Positions 38,131 to 49,323 of a stretch of DNA of 64,000 nt are shown here, in pieces. How positions within the stretch are numbered: position 1 is the first letter of the stretch; the number at the start of each line of letters is the position of its first letter. The stretch is from the NCBI RefSeq assembly GCF_016433145.1, contig NC_058130.1, positions 202,380,740 through 202,444,739 on the forward strand, read 5' to 3'. A program made the translations under genes and the position numbers. The stretch is from Gracilinanus agilis. Taxonomy: Eukaryota. The notes under the pieces were generated by a model. It was not told where the DNA came from. It did no database searches and saw only the letters and a list, made by a program, of their open reading frames with translations.

Positions 38131-39149
38131 AGGCACTCAATGAGGTGGAGAGAAGGGAGTTAAATCATAGTGGGGTGAGGGTAGAAATATATTCTGGAGG
38201 GGTCTATAGTTTCCTTCTTTTAGTATCTAAAAGGCAGGGCACCTGGTTTCTGGATAGGAAATGGAGTCTCAAAAAGAAATCAAAGGGACATGGGGGTTTC
38301 CAGTTTGGACATGGGTTTCAGAAAAAAAGAAGTCATCCCAAGGAGAAATTAGATGGGGGAAAAGGTGGAGACTGGAAAGATAAAGGATTGGATACCTGGG
38401 TTCTAGATAGAAAATAGAATTTCTCCAGAGCAGAATCAGAGCAATTGAGGGAGTTTTAGTGCTGCTGGGTGGTTGAATACTCTAGTTCTAGGTGTGAAAT
38501 TTGGTCCCAGAGTATTATGGAGAAACCCAAGGCCTTGAAATCTGGGGGCCTGGATGCACTTGGGGCTTATTAAAAAGAAGGGGATCTTCCAGAGAAAGAT
38601 GAAGGAATTGAGGAACTTTGGAAGAACTGAATCTGAGTGGGAAATAGGATCTTGGAGAGAACAGGGGCTTGATGGTTGGGACCCCTGGTGTGTCTGAATT
38701 CTGGGCAGATTGAGATTACTTCAAAAAAGAACGTTTAGGGGATTCAGGAAAGTTGGGGAGTGTTGGAGAATTAGTTCTTAGAGATAGTGGGGTGCTGAGT
38801 GAGTGGACTGGAGAGTTGGGAGCCTTGGACAAGTGACTTCTGGGTGGAGAATGGAATTAGGGAGAAGGGTCTGGGGGACAGTGTTGCTGCAGACCAATCA
38901 AGATAGCAATCTTTTACTAAGTGCCTACTATAAGTCAAGAAGTGTGCTAAATGCTGGAATTAATCAACACAATAGGAAGAGAGATACTTGGAGTCTTAAA
39001 AAAGTCTTCCGGGGCCAGAGATTCATTCATTCATTTATTCATTAATTCATCGAATATATTTGAAGCTCCCACTGTGTGCAGAGCATTGTACTGAGATATA
39101 AGGGCGTATATAAGGCTATATAAGAGGGGGGGAGGAGAGAAGGAGGTGC

Positions 39150-40294
39150 AGAGGGGCTCTCCTGAGCTGTCCCCGACTGTCACCCGTCATCTACTCTTCC
39201 CTCCCGCCACCTGCCACAGACTGTCACTGCCTGTCCCCAATGCTGCCACTCCCGCTGGCAGCCGCAGGACCTTCCCGAAATTTCCATTGGTTGTCACAGT
39301 TGTCAGTTTCTCTCCCTTGTGAAAACGCATTCATTGGCTGAAAAGGAGAATGCCCTCCTACGATTAGCCCGCCCACTAGCGATCATTTCTTCTCTTCCCT
39401 CCCCCCTCCCCCCCCCCGGCTACGGGTCTTTTAAGGTTTTTTATTGGTTATACTTTCGACAATCACCTCCCGTATATGACATCACATCTGTCAATTTTGA
39501 CCCTGCCTACTTCTCCCTTCTATCCCTTTTTCATTGGTTCACGTCGCTCCTTTTCTCCTTTCCTAATAGCTCGAAAACTCAAAGACCTACCTTTTCCCTC
39601 TCAAACCCCACCCCTTCCTTGTCCTTCCGCGGTCAAACTCTGGCCTTTTTATTTTTATTGGTCAAAAGTTGCCAACGCCCTTTTTTTAAATGGCTACTTT
39701 TTTCATCCCACCTTTCTTCCGCCTTGCCTCTCATTTTAATTGGCTCCCAATGCATTTTTTTCCCTCACAGCCCCCACCCCTGCTTCCTCTTCCTTGGGAC
39801 CCCACCTACTTACCCATGATTGGTAGAGGCACTATTTTCCCTCTTCAAATGATTGGCTAGAATCCCCTTGAGGGTGGGTTAGGGAAAGCTAGGTGGGCGG
39901 GATTATACTTCACGCAGGCGCTAGTTGTTTTACTGGCGCGCTGGTGGTGGGGGGAGTGCTCCGCCCAGCTAACTATGTTGTGCGCTTGCGTGAAGACGGC
40001 CACCAGCCCAAAGGGGGGAGAGAGTTAGCGCGCGAGTGAGGGTGAGAGGGCACGAGCCGGACCCCCGCGAGGCGCCTGCCCTGTGCGGCCCCCTCCTCCT
40101 TCTCCCCTCCCTCCCTTCCCCTCCCTCTCACTCCAGCTTGGGCGCCCGCCATCTGGCTAGGCCGCGCCCTTCACCCTCTGCCCCCTCCCTCCTTCCCTCC
40201 CTTCTTCCCTCCCGGTGGGTGGGGTGGCTCCTCCCCCAGGCCCAGCCTCCGGGGAGGGGGGATGTGAGAAGCACCTTGGAGCGGGGCCGTCGCC
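39150..40294 (+). promoter_or_regulatory. TBC1D10B CpG island promoter with CCAAT array, and 5' UTR
   Basis: CpG-rich; eight ATTGG boxes in 39286-39856; GGGCGG at 39895-39900. Confidence 0.8.
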
Positions 40295-43200
40295 ATGGAG
40301 ACAGGCCCGGCGCCCTTGGTGGCCCCCCCACGCCGCCATGGTGCCTCAGTGGCCCCCTCTCCGCCACCTCGGGGCTCCCGGACTGGGCCTGTGCTCGTGG
40401 TGGCCCCAGGGCCCCCAGTGACCACGGCCACCTCCTCTCCAGTCACTCTGGTGGCCCCTGGAGAGGCCCGCCCGGCCTGGATGGCAGCTGGCCCCAGGCC
40501 CCCTCTTGGCATCCCCGGGAGCCGGCCACCACCTCCGCCAGCCTCTGCAGGATCACCAGGGCCAGCGGGGGGAACAGGGGCCGGTGGCAGCACGGTGGTG
40601 GTACTGACTCTGGAATCTGTGGCTTCAGTCTCAGCTTCTGGGCAGGATCCTGACCCCAACCCCACTAGAGAGGGGAGGACAGACAGCCTTGAAACCACTG
40701 GAATCCCAAGGACAGAGCCAGGGCCAGGGTCAGCCTCTGAACCTCATGGCAGGCTGGTGGCACCAGGAATGGTGGCAGCAGTAGGAACAGCTTTACCCAT
40801 CAGTGCTGTGACCCCTGGGATGGTGATAGACTCTGCAGTAGCCAAGCCAGAAGCAGCAATAGCAACATCAGCACACTTGGAGACAGCCCTTGTAGGTGAC
40901 TCTCTAGTCACCAGCTCAATGGGCCTGACTGCATCGGAGATGGCATCGAGATTGGATCCGGGCACTGGATTAGCTGACTTGGCCCTTTCAGGAGCACCTG
41001 TGTCTGTGACAGCAGAGAGTTCAACCCTTGTGCCTGTTGTAACATCTTCTGGTGCAGTGACAGCCAAACCGCCTGTTGCGCCCAAACCAGGAATGGTGGT
41101 GGCTTCAGGAACAACTGGACCAGCTACTATTATAACAGCAGGACTGACAACAGATGGGCTAGTTGCTACAGGGACAGCAGCAATGGGTGAAACCACTGTA
41201 GCAGTGGCAGTGGCAGGTCCAGCTGTTGCAGTGCCAGTGGGGACAAGAACAGAGTCTCCTGTGGTCTGTGAGACTCCAGTAGCCATGGTAACTGTGACCC
41301 CAGCCCCAGAGCCAACTGAAGGTTCCCAGGACCTGGGCTCCATGTCTAGTTTAGGTCCTGGAATCCAAGGACCTCGGGGGCAGGCCCCAGATAGCCTGAG
41401 CTACCTGGACTCTGTGAGCCTCATGTCAGGGACCTTAGAGTCTTTGGCAGATGATGTGAGCTCCATGGGCTCAGACTCAGAGATCAACGGGCTTGCTCTT
41501 CGAAAGACAGACAAGTATGGATTCCTGGGGGGCAGCCAGTACTCTGGAAGCCTGTGAGTACTGGGGACCCCATGGGAACACTCTTATTATGGGGAGAAAG
41601 AAGCCTTTAGAGAGGGTGATATTTATAAATCTTGTCAGCTCCATGGTTCCTCCAACTTGGGATTCAGACTTGGACAGTATTGAGAGTTGCTTTGAATTAA
41701 ACTTCAAGAAGTTTAATTCAATCATACTGACCTTCCCTCAGAGGTGTTTTATGCAGTGTGATGTGGGAGAAAGAACACTGGGCCTCTAAATTGGATCATT
41801 TGAGTTCTAGTTTCTTCTCTTCCCCTACTTCCCATGTTGACCTTGGGCAAGTCATTCAGTAGTCTGTTTTGTTTCGTCTGTAAAAAGAGGGGGGTTAGAT
41901 TAGATCTTTAAGTACTCTTCCAGTTCTGAGTCTGTGATTCTCTGATGTTAAAACCTGGCCATAGGTGGGAGACTAGGTCTTATTGGCTTAAGGGTAATAT
42001 AGCAGCTGATTAGGGGGTAGTATTTAAAAATCTAGTTGGATTGCAGACTGTGATGGAGATCTGTAGCCTTTTTCAGGCAAAGAAACCGCAATGCCTCTGT
42101 ATGATTTAGATGATAAGGGTGACTTTAACCTGGAGGGTGGTACCAGGATATATGGAGCCAATTCTGTGTTCTTTACTTCTCTCCTGCCTTGATGTAGGAG
42201 GTCACAAAAAGAATAAAGGGGTAGAGGTAGAGTATGATTTAGGGGGAGGTGAACATTGAACAAAACTTAACTGAATGAGGGAGCAAAGACTTCCAGGTCT
42301 TCACAGGAGAAGGGAGTATGGGTGCCCCTTCTCCATTTCCTCATCTCAGGCCCTTCCCTCTTTCCTAGTTCCCTGCCTCCTATGGTCTGAGTCACTCCCT
42401 CCTGAGGTGTGGGGTGTGACTGCTGTGACTCCTTCCTTCCCTCTATCAGGATCCTGGTTATCCTTATTCCCCTTCCTCCTACACAATGGAATGAACCCAG
42501 ATGCCTCCATTTCCTTGGACTAGGTCCTCAGGGACATAGTGGTCCAGGTTTAAAAATAGGAAGTTGTGGAATCTGAGGAGATTTGAAAGGAAAAGTATGA
42601 AGGCTCCTTGAAGAGAGGATAGAGAAACTTATGGTTGGAGTGACATCAGTTGGACTTTTCCTTTCTCCCCCAGGGAAAGCTCTGTCCCCGTTGATGTGGC
42701 CCGTCAGCGGGAGCTAAAGTGGCTGGACATGTTCAGTAACTGGGATAAGTGGTTATCTCGTCGCTTTCAGAAGGTACATGAAATGGGGAGAGCAGGGTTG
42801 AAGCTTAATATACCTTTTATCTGTGAGGACCTGCAACCTTCAGTTCTTTCCTTTTCTCTGACCCTTAACCTCTCCAGCAATTAGGAGGGTGGGAGAAAAG
42901 CAAAAACATCTCTAAGTCTTTAGGAGAAAGTTATGGGTAGGAATAAGATCAGCCTGGCACATTGGATAGTACATAGTGCTACATATTAAAGGTATGAAAA
43001 TGGCATATGCTTAATGTGTAACTATAAGGCACTAGTGCTTTTACTTTGTCTGAGATAAACTTAGGATCAGCCCTGCTTGGGATTGGTTAACTTGACCATA
43101 AGATGATCCCTGAGGGGAATCATTGGTCTCTTCTAGTGTAGAATGGACCATAAGGGCTGTTCTCAGCTGAGTAAAAGTCTAACTTCACATGTCATCTTTC

Positions 43201-46200
43201 CCTCTCATATCTCTTTTCTGCCAGGTGAAGCTGCGATGCCGAAAGGGCATCCCCTCATCCCTTAGAGCCAAAGCCTGGCAGTTTTTGTCCAACAGCAAGG
43301 AGCTCCTAGATCAAAATCCTGGTAAATTTGAGGTATGGATGGCAGCTGGTTCTCAGGAGAATATATTAGAATGCCAGGTCTGCATTGTCTTCTGGGCAAG
43401 TCAAGGCTCTCATTTGTGGTTTAGAAGAAGGGTTTAGAGAGCTTTCTCTTGAATGTAGAATGGGGGGAAACTGCTACAGAGAAATATAACTTGTACATTT
43501 TATCAAAGGAGCTGGAGCGGGCCCCAGGAGACCCTAAGTGGCTGGATGTGATTGAGAAGGATTTGCATCGACAATTCCCCTTTCATGAGATGTTTGCTGC
43601 TCGAGGGGGTCATGGGTAAGATTTAGGAGTGGGTTGACAGTAGACAATCAAAAAAAGTCTTGGCCAGAGTTTCATTCAGCAACAATTTTGATACAGCTTA
43701 AGAGCCCTTTTACTCAGTGCTTTACAGAATACAAAGATGGAAATATAATTGGTTTCTGCACCTAGATTAGTAGTGGGAAAAGATAAATAAAATAAAAAGT
43801 AGAGTATGGTTAAGTGCTATAAGAGAGATACAGAATGCTATGGAACTTCTGGCCAGAAAATTAGGAAAAGAATCTTAGAAGAGCATTCAAATTGGACTCT
43901 GAACAATGGGCACAATTCTGATTGATAAAATGAGAGAGAGAGAGCATTCTCAGTAGTAGGAATAGTATAAGCAGAAGAAGAGAGAAAAATTAAGGACCTC
44001 TCTCTTGATTTACTGTAAGTAGTTTAGTTTGGTTGAAGTATCTGAGGAGAGGGAAGGATATAAAACTGGAAAGATAGGGCTTGAGAACCAGGAAGAGGAA
44101 TTTGGACTTTATTTTGTGGTCAATAGGGAGAAGTCATTGAAGATTTTTGAGTAGGTGGGTGGGTATAACACAATCATAGCTATGCTTTAGGAAGATTAAT
44201 CTGGTAGCTGTGGATATACAGCACAGATTTGAGCTGAGGAGAAGGGGGGCTCGTGTGGCATGTGCTGTAGGAAGGTTCTTAGGATAAGTTTGGGGCAGTC
44301 TGAAACAGATGTTCTCAGAACCATTGAATCTTAGTTACCATGGTAACATTCCTCCCTTTCCCATGCCTGCAGGCAGCAAGACCTGTATCGGATCTTGAAA
44401 GCCTACACCATCTATCGGCCTGATGAGGGTTACTGCCAGGCCCAGGCCCCTGTGGCAGCTGTGCTGCTCATGCATATGCCTGCTGAGGTCAGAGTGCCGG
44501 GCTGAGGGACCTAGGGTTGGACAGTGGGAGGAACTGGAGCCTCTGACAATACTTTGCATGTATTAAGAGAGCTGACTGGACCACTCCAGAAGCTTTTTGG
44601 GTTGGGCAGATGGGGAGTGACACTGGGCTATCAGTGAAATGGGGGTGGGGAGAAGTACCCTGTTCTTCAAATTCTCTTTTTCCTCTCCAGCAAGCTTTCT
44701 GGTGCTTGGTACAGATATGTGACAAATACCTTCCTGGCTACTATAGTGCGGGGCTGGTGAGTAATACTTGGGCTTCTCACAGGGGATGGAGGGGCAGTAG
44801 ATAGAGAGCCAGGCCTGGAGACAGGAGGAGATCTTGGAGTCAAATGTGGCCTCAGATACTTCCTTTCTGTGTGACCCTGGACAAATCATTTAACCTCTTT
44901 TGCCAAGCCCTTACTGTTCTTCTCCCTTGGAACTAAGACAGAAGGTAAGGGTTTAAAAAAAAAAATAGAGGGGCAGCTGGGTAGCTCAGTGTATTGAGAG
45001 GCCTAGAGACGGGAGGTCCTAGGTTCAAATCTGGCCTCAGACACTTCCCAGCTGTGTGACTCTGGGCAAGTCACTTCACCCCCATTGCCCACCCTTCCCA
45101 CTATTCTACCAAGGAGCCAATACACAGAAATTAAGGGTTTAAAAATGTAAAAAAATAAAAAAAAGAAGAGAAGAGAAAGGGTGTGGACCTAAGGCAGGCT
45201 GGAAGGGAGCAGCTGGGATGAGGAAGGTTACTGAATCTTTTTGCCTTTAGCTTGTGAACATTTCATCTCCATCTCTTTGCTCACTATTCAGGAAGCCATC
45301 CAGCTGGACGGGGAGATCTTCTTTGCTCTTCTTCGGCGGGCTTCCCCTCTAGCACACCGGCATCTTCGGCGTCAGCGCATTGATCCTGTTCTCTACATGA
45401 CTGAGTGGTTCATGTGCATCTTTGCCCGAACTCTGCCCTGGGCCTCAGTTCTCCGGGTTTGGGACATGTTCTTCTGTGAAGGTACCCATGATTAGGGGAC
45501 TTTTCCTAGACCTGTGGTCCTCACTAACGTTTATTCTCATGCATTGTCAACACTGACTCCCTTTACTAAGTTGGTTTCAAGAGCGTTTTCTACTTTTATC
45601 ACTGTAAAGGTTCTAAAAGAGGGTGAGAGTGAACCTGGAGACTGGCATGCATCATATATATTGAGTAAATTTTTGTTAATTTCCCCTTTTTCCCATTAGT
45701 CAGCTAATATTAGTACCTCTTCTTGCATAGTCTTGATCATTTCATAGATGCCCCTGACCCAGCTATCCCTGAGAGAACTACACAATATTCTTGGGTGCCA
45801 GCACATAGTTAGGCCATTCTTAGAATGCAATGGTTTCTGTAGCAGTTGCTAGTGAACTCTCATCATCAGTCTTTCTGATGACCCAGAACAGAAATCCTCA
45901 AAACAAAATTTATTATTTGGTGAAGGTAGGAAAGGGAGAGAGTCATTTAGACCTGGATATTTTTTAAAAGAGTAAGAGCTCTGGTATCAGCTAGGTCTTC
46001 TATTCTCTATTCTCTAGTGACTTCTGACACCTAATTTTCCCTCAGGAGTCAAGATCATCTTCCGAGTGGCTCTGGTGCTTCTTCGGCATACGCTGGGCTC
46101 CGTAGAGAAGCTTCGGTCCTGCCAGGGAATGTATGAGACCATGGAGCAACTGAGGAACTTACCTCAACAATGCATGCAGGAAGAGTTCCTTGTGAATGAA

Positions 46201-46936
46201 GTAGGTGCCTCCTTCCTGTCCTGCCCAGCATCTCTGTATTTTCTGGAGCTGGCCAAGTCTGGCTGTCAATGCTGCCTCTGCTGTTCCTGGGATTCACATG
46301 CCTCATTCCCCACTTTTCTCATTTCAGGTAACAAACCTCCCTGTGACAGAGGCCCTGATAGAGCGTGAAAATGCAGCACAGCTAAAGAAGTGGAGAGAGA
46401 CCCGAGGGGAACTTCAGTACAGACCATCCAGAAGGCTCCATGGCTCAAGGGCAATCCATGAGGAGCGCAGGCGACAGCAGCCCCCTCTGGGCCCATCTTC
46501 CAGTCTCCTCAGCCTTCCAGGCCTCAAAAGTCGTACCTCCAGAGGTGGAGGTTCTTCTTCTCCACCCCTCCCTATTCGAAGAGCCAGTGCTGGCCCTGCT
46601 CCAGGCCCTGTGGTCACAGCTGAAGGGCTACACCCCTCCCTGCCCTCACCAACTGGAAACAGCACACCTCTGGGACAGGTAAAGGAGACCAAGCGACAGG
46701 AGAAGGAGCGGCAGAAGCAGGAGAAGGAGCTTCAGAAGCAGGAGAAGGAGAGGCAGAAGCAGGAGAAGGAGAGGCAAAAGCAAGAGAAGGAGCGAGAAAA
46801 GGAGAGACAGAAACAGGAGAAGAAGGCCCAGGGGCGGAAGATGTCCCTTCGGCGGAAGGCAGACGGTTCTCCACCCCCACAAGATGGAGGGGATGGGACC
46901 TCGGCAGCTGGGGCACGACAGGATGCCTACTTCTGA
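40295..46936 (+). CDS. TBC1D10B: TBC1 domain family member 10B (EPI64B, Rab GAP), 9 coding exons, 902 aa
   Basis: Exons 40295-41553, 42674-42773, 43225-43332, 43509-43615, 44373-44487, 44691-44756, 45292-45481, 46046-46200, 46328-46936. All GT-AG, 2709 nt. Kozak gccATGG; starts [16 protein letters not shown]; TBC motifs [10 protein letters not shown] and GYCQAQ; QEKER repeats; C-terminal DAYF. Confidence 0.97.
44781..45165 (+). mobile_element. Head-to-tail pair of SINEs in TBC1D10B intron 6
   Basis: An older copy (about 44781-44968) is followed at its A tail by a younger copy (44969-45165). Confidence 0.85.
46693..46825 (+). repeat. Coding 21-nt (7-aa) QKQEKER repeat in the TBC1D10B tail
   Basis: [45 protein letters not shown]; a charged coiled-coil or single-alpha-helix-like tract. 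Confidence 0.9.
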
Positions 46937-47602
46937 CCTTCTATCCCATCCATGCTGGGTCTGGTAGGGACACTGGCTTCCCTCCTCCATGTTGAACTTC
47001 ATCACCTGTCCTCTGCACTTCCTTGACCTCCCAGGCCTATGGAGCCAGTTACAGGTCTCCTCTCATTCTATTTGGTCAGTGATATTCTCCCTTAGAGAAG
47101 GCTGTTTTTCTCCCCACCTTGGTATAAACAGCCATGTCTCAACAGAGCAAAAGGAACTAGTGCTATTCCCCAGATCCATCGTCGGGCTTGGTTCCACTGT
47201 GGAGCTGGCCCAGTATTTTCCTCAGTTGTTGCTGGACTCTGTCCCTAAGCCAACCCTATCTAGGGGGTTTGAAACCCCAATAAGCATTTCATGGGATGAT
47301 GTGGAGTGAGCCCTGAGCTTACCCCCACCCTTTTTCCAGTCTACTCAACCAGTGTTCTTCCTTTCCTGACTCCATTAAGTTTCTCCTTTCACCTTTCCCC
47401 TCTCTTGCTGATCTAACCCTTTCATACCTTCTTCAGCATGAGTGGACTTTTAAAGATGGGCCTTGGCTGTTTCTAAATTTTTACTCTTGGTGGCTTAGCC
47501 TCCCAATTCCACAAGGAGAAAGCTGGGTGAGCCTCTTCTTCCCTCAAGCCTTAACCGTCCCCCTACATCTTCCCTCTGTGCCAGACAGAGAGGCAGAAGG
47601 GC

Positions 47603-47607
<5 letters not shown>

Positions 47608-47644
<37 letters not shown>

Positions 47645-47663
47645 TACATATATATATATATAT
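47608..47663. repeat. (TA)n/(CATA)n microsatellite in the TBC1D10B 3' UTR
   Basis: tatatata..cacatatacatacatatata. Confidence 0.9.
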
Positions 47664-48354
47664 CTGATGTCTCTGCATTGTAATTATGTACACAGGATCC
47701 TGGGGGGGTTCATTCTCTACTTCTCCTCTTGCTCTGTTCACTGGTTTATTTAAGAGGAGTTGACCTGCAGCAGGAAGGGTCCCTCAGCAAGTCTGCTTGC
47801 CTTTCAGTACTGTTTCCAGCTGCTTTTCTTCATATATTTTCTACCACATCTTCCGGCTCATCCTTCTAGGGCCCCTTCTAATTTTTGCCATAATCTCTTC
47901 CCCATTCTGCCTTCTTTTGTTCCTTGAACTTCTTGCTCCCCTTTGAGTTGGGTGACCTCACTGTTCTCTAAGGGGTTGGGGGGGCCCTCATGTTTACATT
48001 CTCTTTCAGCCCCCTCACTTCCCCTACTGCATTGCCCCCACCCCCAACTGTACAGAGCTTTGTGGAACCGGGAAAGAACAAATCTAATGTCCTGCCCTAC
48101 ACTTGACTCTTGCCTGTTTATTTTCTTTTTTAAGGTGGTTGGGGCACAGGGATGGAATGAATAAGTGTACAATGGGCAATGACCAGATGAATGCTTAGCC
48201 TTGGGACTTTTATTCAAATATGCTTCCAGGCTGTGAGCCAGTTTGATTTTAGTAGTTCCCAAAACGTTTAGTATATCAGCCCTAGACATCCCTTAGAGTG
48301 CTCTAGACTTGCCATATCTTTCTTTCCTCCAGGCCCAGAATTTGGGCTTCACCC

Positions 48355-48936
48355 TCACCCAAACTCCATGAGGTCGGCTTGCTTCTTGGTTGCCCTAGAC
48401 CTGGCAAGTGCCTGGATCTCTTCCCCAAAGCGCTGGTGCAACTCCTGGAAGCTAGAGGGGGCTGGAGAGCGGGGGAGATCCAGAAATCGGTCTTCCTGCG
48501 GTGGTGCCTGGGGCTCCACTCCAGCTTCTTGGCACACCCTTTGGTACTGCTCCTGTAAGGGCTGCAGGAGCTCCCACAGCTGACTCCATCCTGCCCTAAC
48601 TAGAGCCCTAAGCCAGCCATCGAGCTCAGCCTTGCTCTCCGCTGCCAGTTTGTAGCACCGACCACCTTCCCTCGCAGAGGCTAGGATGGCAAAGGCATAG
48701 GGCTCGGTGGTACTGTCTCGAGGCTCCACCTGGCAGTTGTCCAACAAGATGAGGCCCAGAGGAGTCCGATCCCTTCGTTTCTCCAGGTAGTACAGGAGAT
48801 TACCCCGGAGGATGAACCAGCGGCGTTGGTAGCTGGGATTGCGAGTCCCTTTCTTTAGCAAGATACCCTCCCGATCTGGGGCCCGGGCTCCTGTTCCTCG
48901 AAGGTAGCTGAGCACAGGCTTCCGGTGCAGTTTCAT
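48355..48936 (-). CDS. Sesquipedalian/PHETA (IPIP27, FAM109)-family PH-domain endocytic adaptor, 193 aa; putative third paralogue
   Basis: PH domain (REGILLKKG..SYQRRWFILRGNLLYY..PLGLILLDNC..YKLAAES..LDGWLRAL), a short helical segment, and the F&H motif FQELHQRFGEEI (48415-48450), similar to recalled PHETA1 FARLHECYGQEI. Kozak ctaccATG; acceptor at 48948; donor CAG|GTAGGC at 49323; AATAAA (-) at 48209-48214. Confidence 0.9.
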   Translation of the reverse strand: MKLHRKPVLSYLRGTGARAPDREGILLKKGTRNPSYQRRWFILRGNLLYYLEKRRDRTPLGLILLDNCQVEPRDSTTEPYAFAILASAREGGRCYKLAAESKAELDGWLRALVRAGWSQLWELLQPLQEQYQRVCQEAGVEPQAPPQEDRFLDLPRSPAPSSFQELHQRFGEEIQALARSRATKKQADLMEFG

Positions 48937-49323
48937 GGTAGCTAAACCTGGGAAGGGACCATGAATTCAAGAAAGGGGTGGGAAAAGGAATCATTGAACT
49001 GGTAGCGCAGGGGCAAGGTTTGAGACAGTACAAATTGGGCACCTACTGTGCATTGGATACCTAGGGGAAGAAGGCTGTCCTTGCCTTCGTGGAAATTATA
49101 TGCTAACACTAGACAGATCACTTTTGACATATTAGTAATTCCCATCACGTCCCTGAGCTGTTCTTGGTGCTCTCAGAACTTGAGGTGCGAGTGGAAACCT
49201 GAGCCCTGGCGGGACACCTCAGTGGGGTGCAAAGGGCACTGAACAGTTGGGGTTCCAGCCTCAAGGGGTGCTGCTTCAGAGGAAGCTGGTGCTGGGGTAC
49301 CCGGGTTTCCACCTAGTGCCTAC

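Noticed and set aside
40171-41343. 175-aa and 199-aa minus-strand ORFs
   Set aside because: Antisense shadows of GC-rich TBC1D10B exon 1.
48355-48936. Calling the PH-domain ORF PHETA1/PHETA2, or a processed pseudogene
   Set aside because: The neighbours do not match either human locus. The intact frame, retained F&H motif, 5' UTR intron and promoter argue against a dead retrocopy. Gene symbol left blank.
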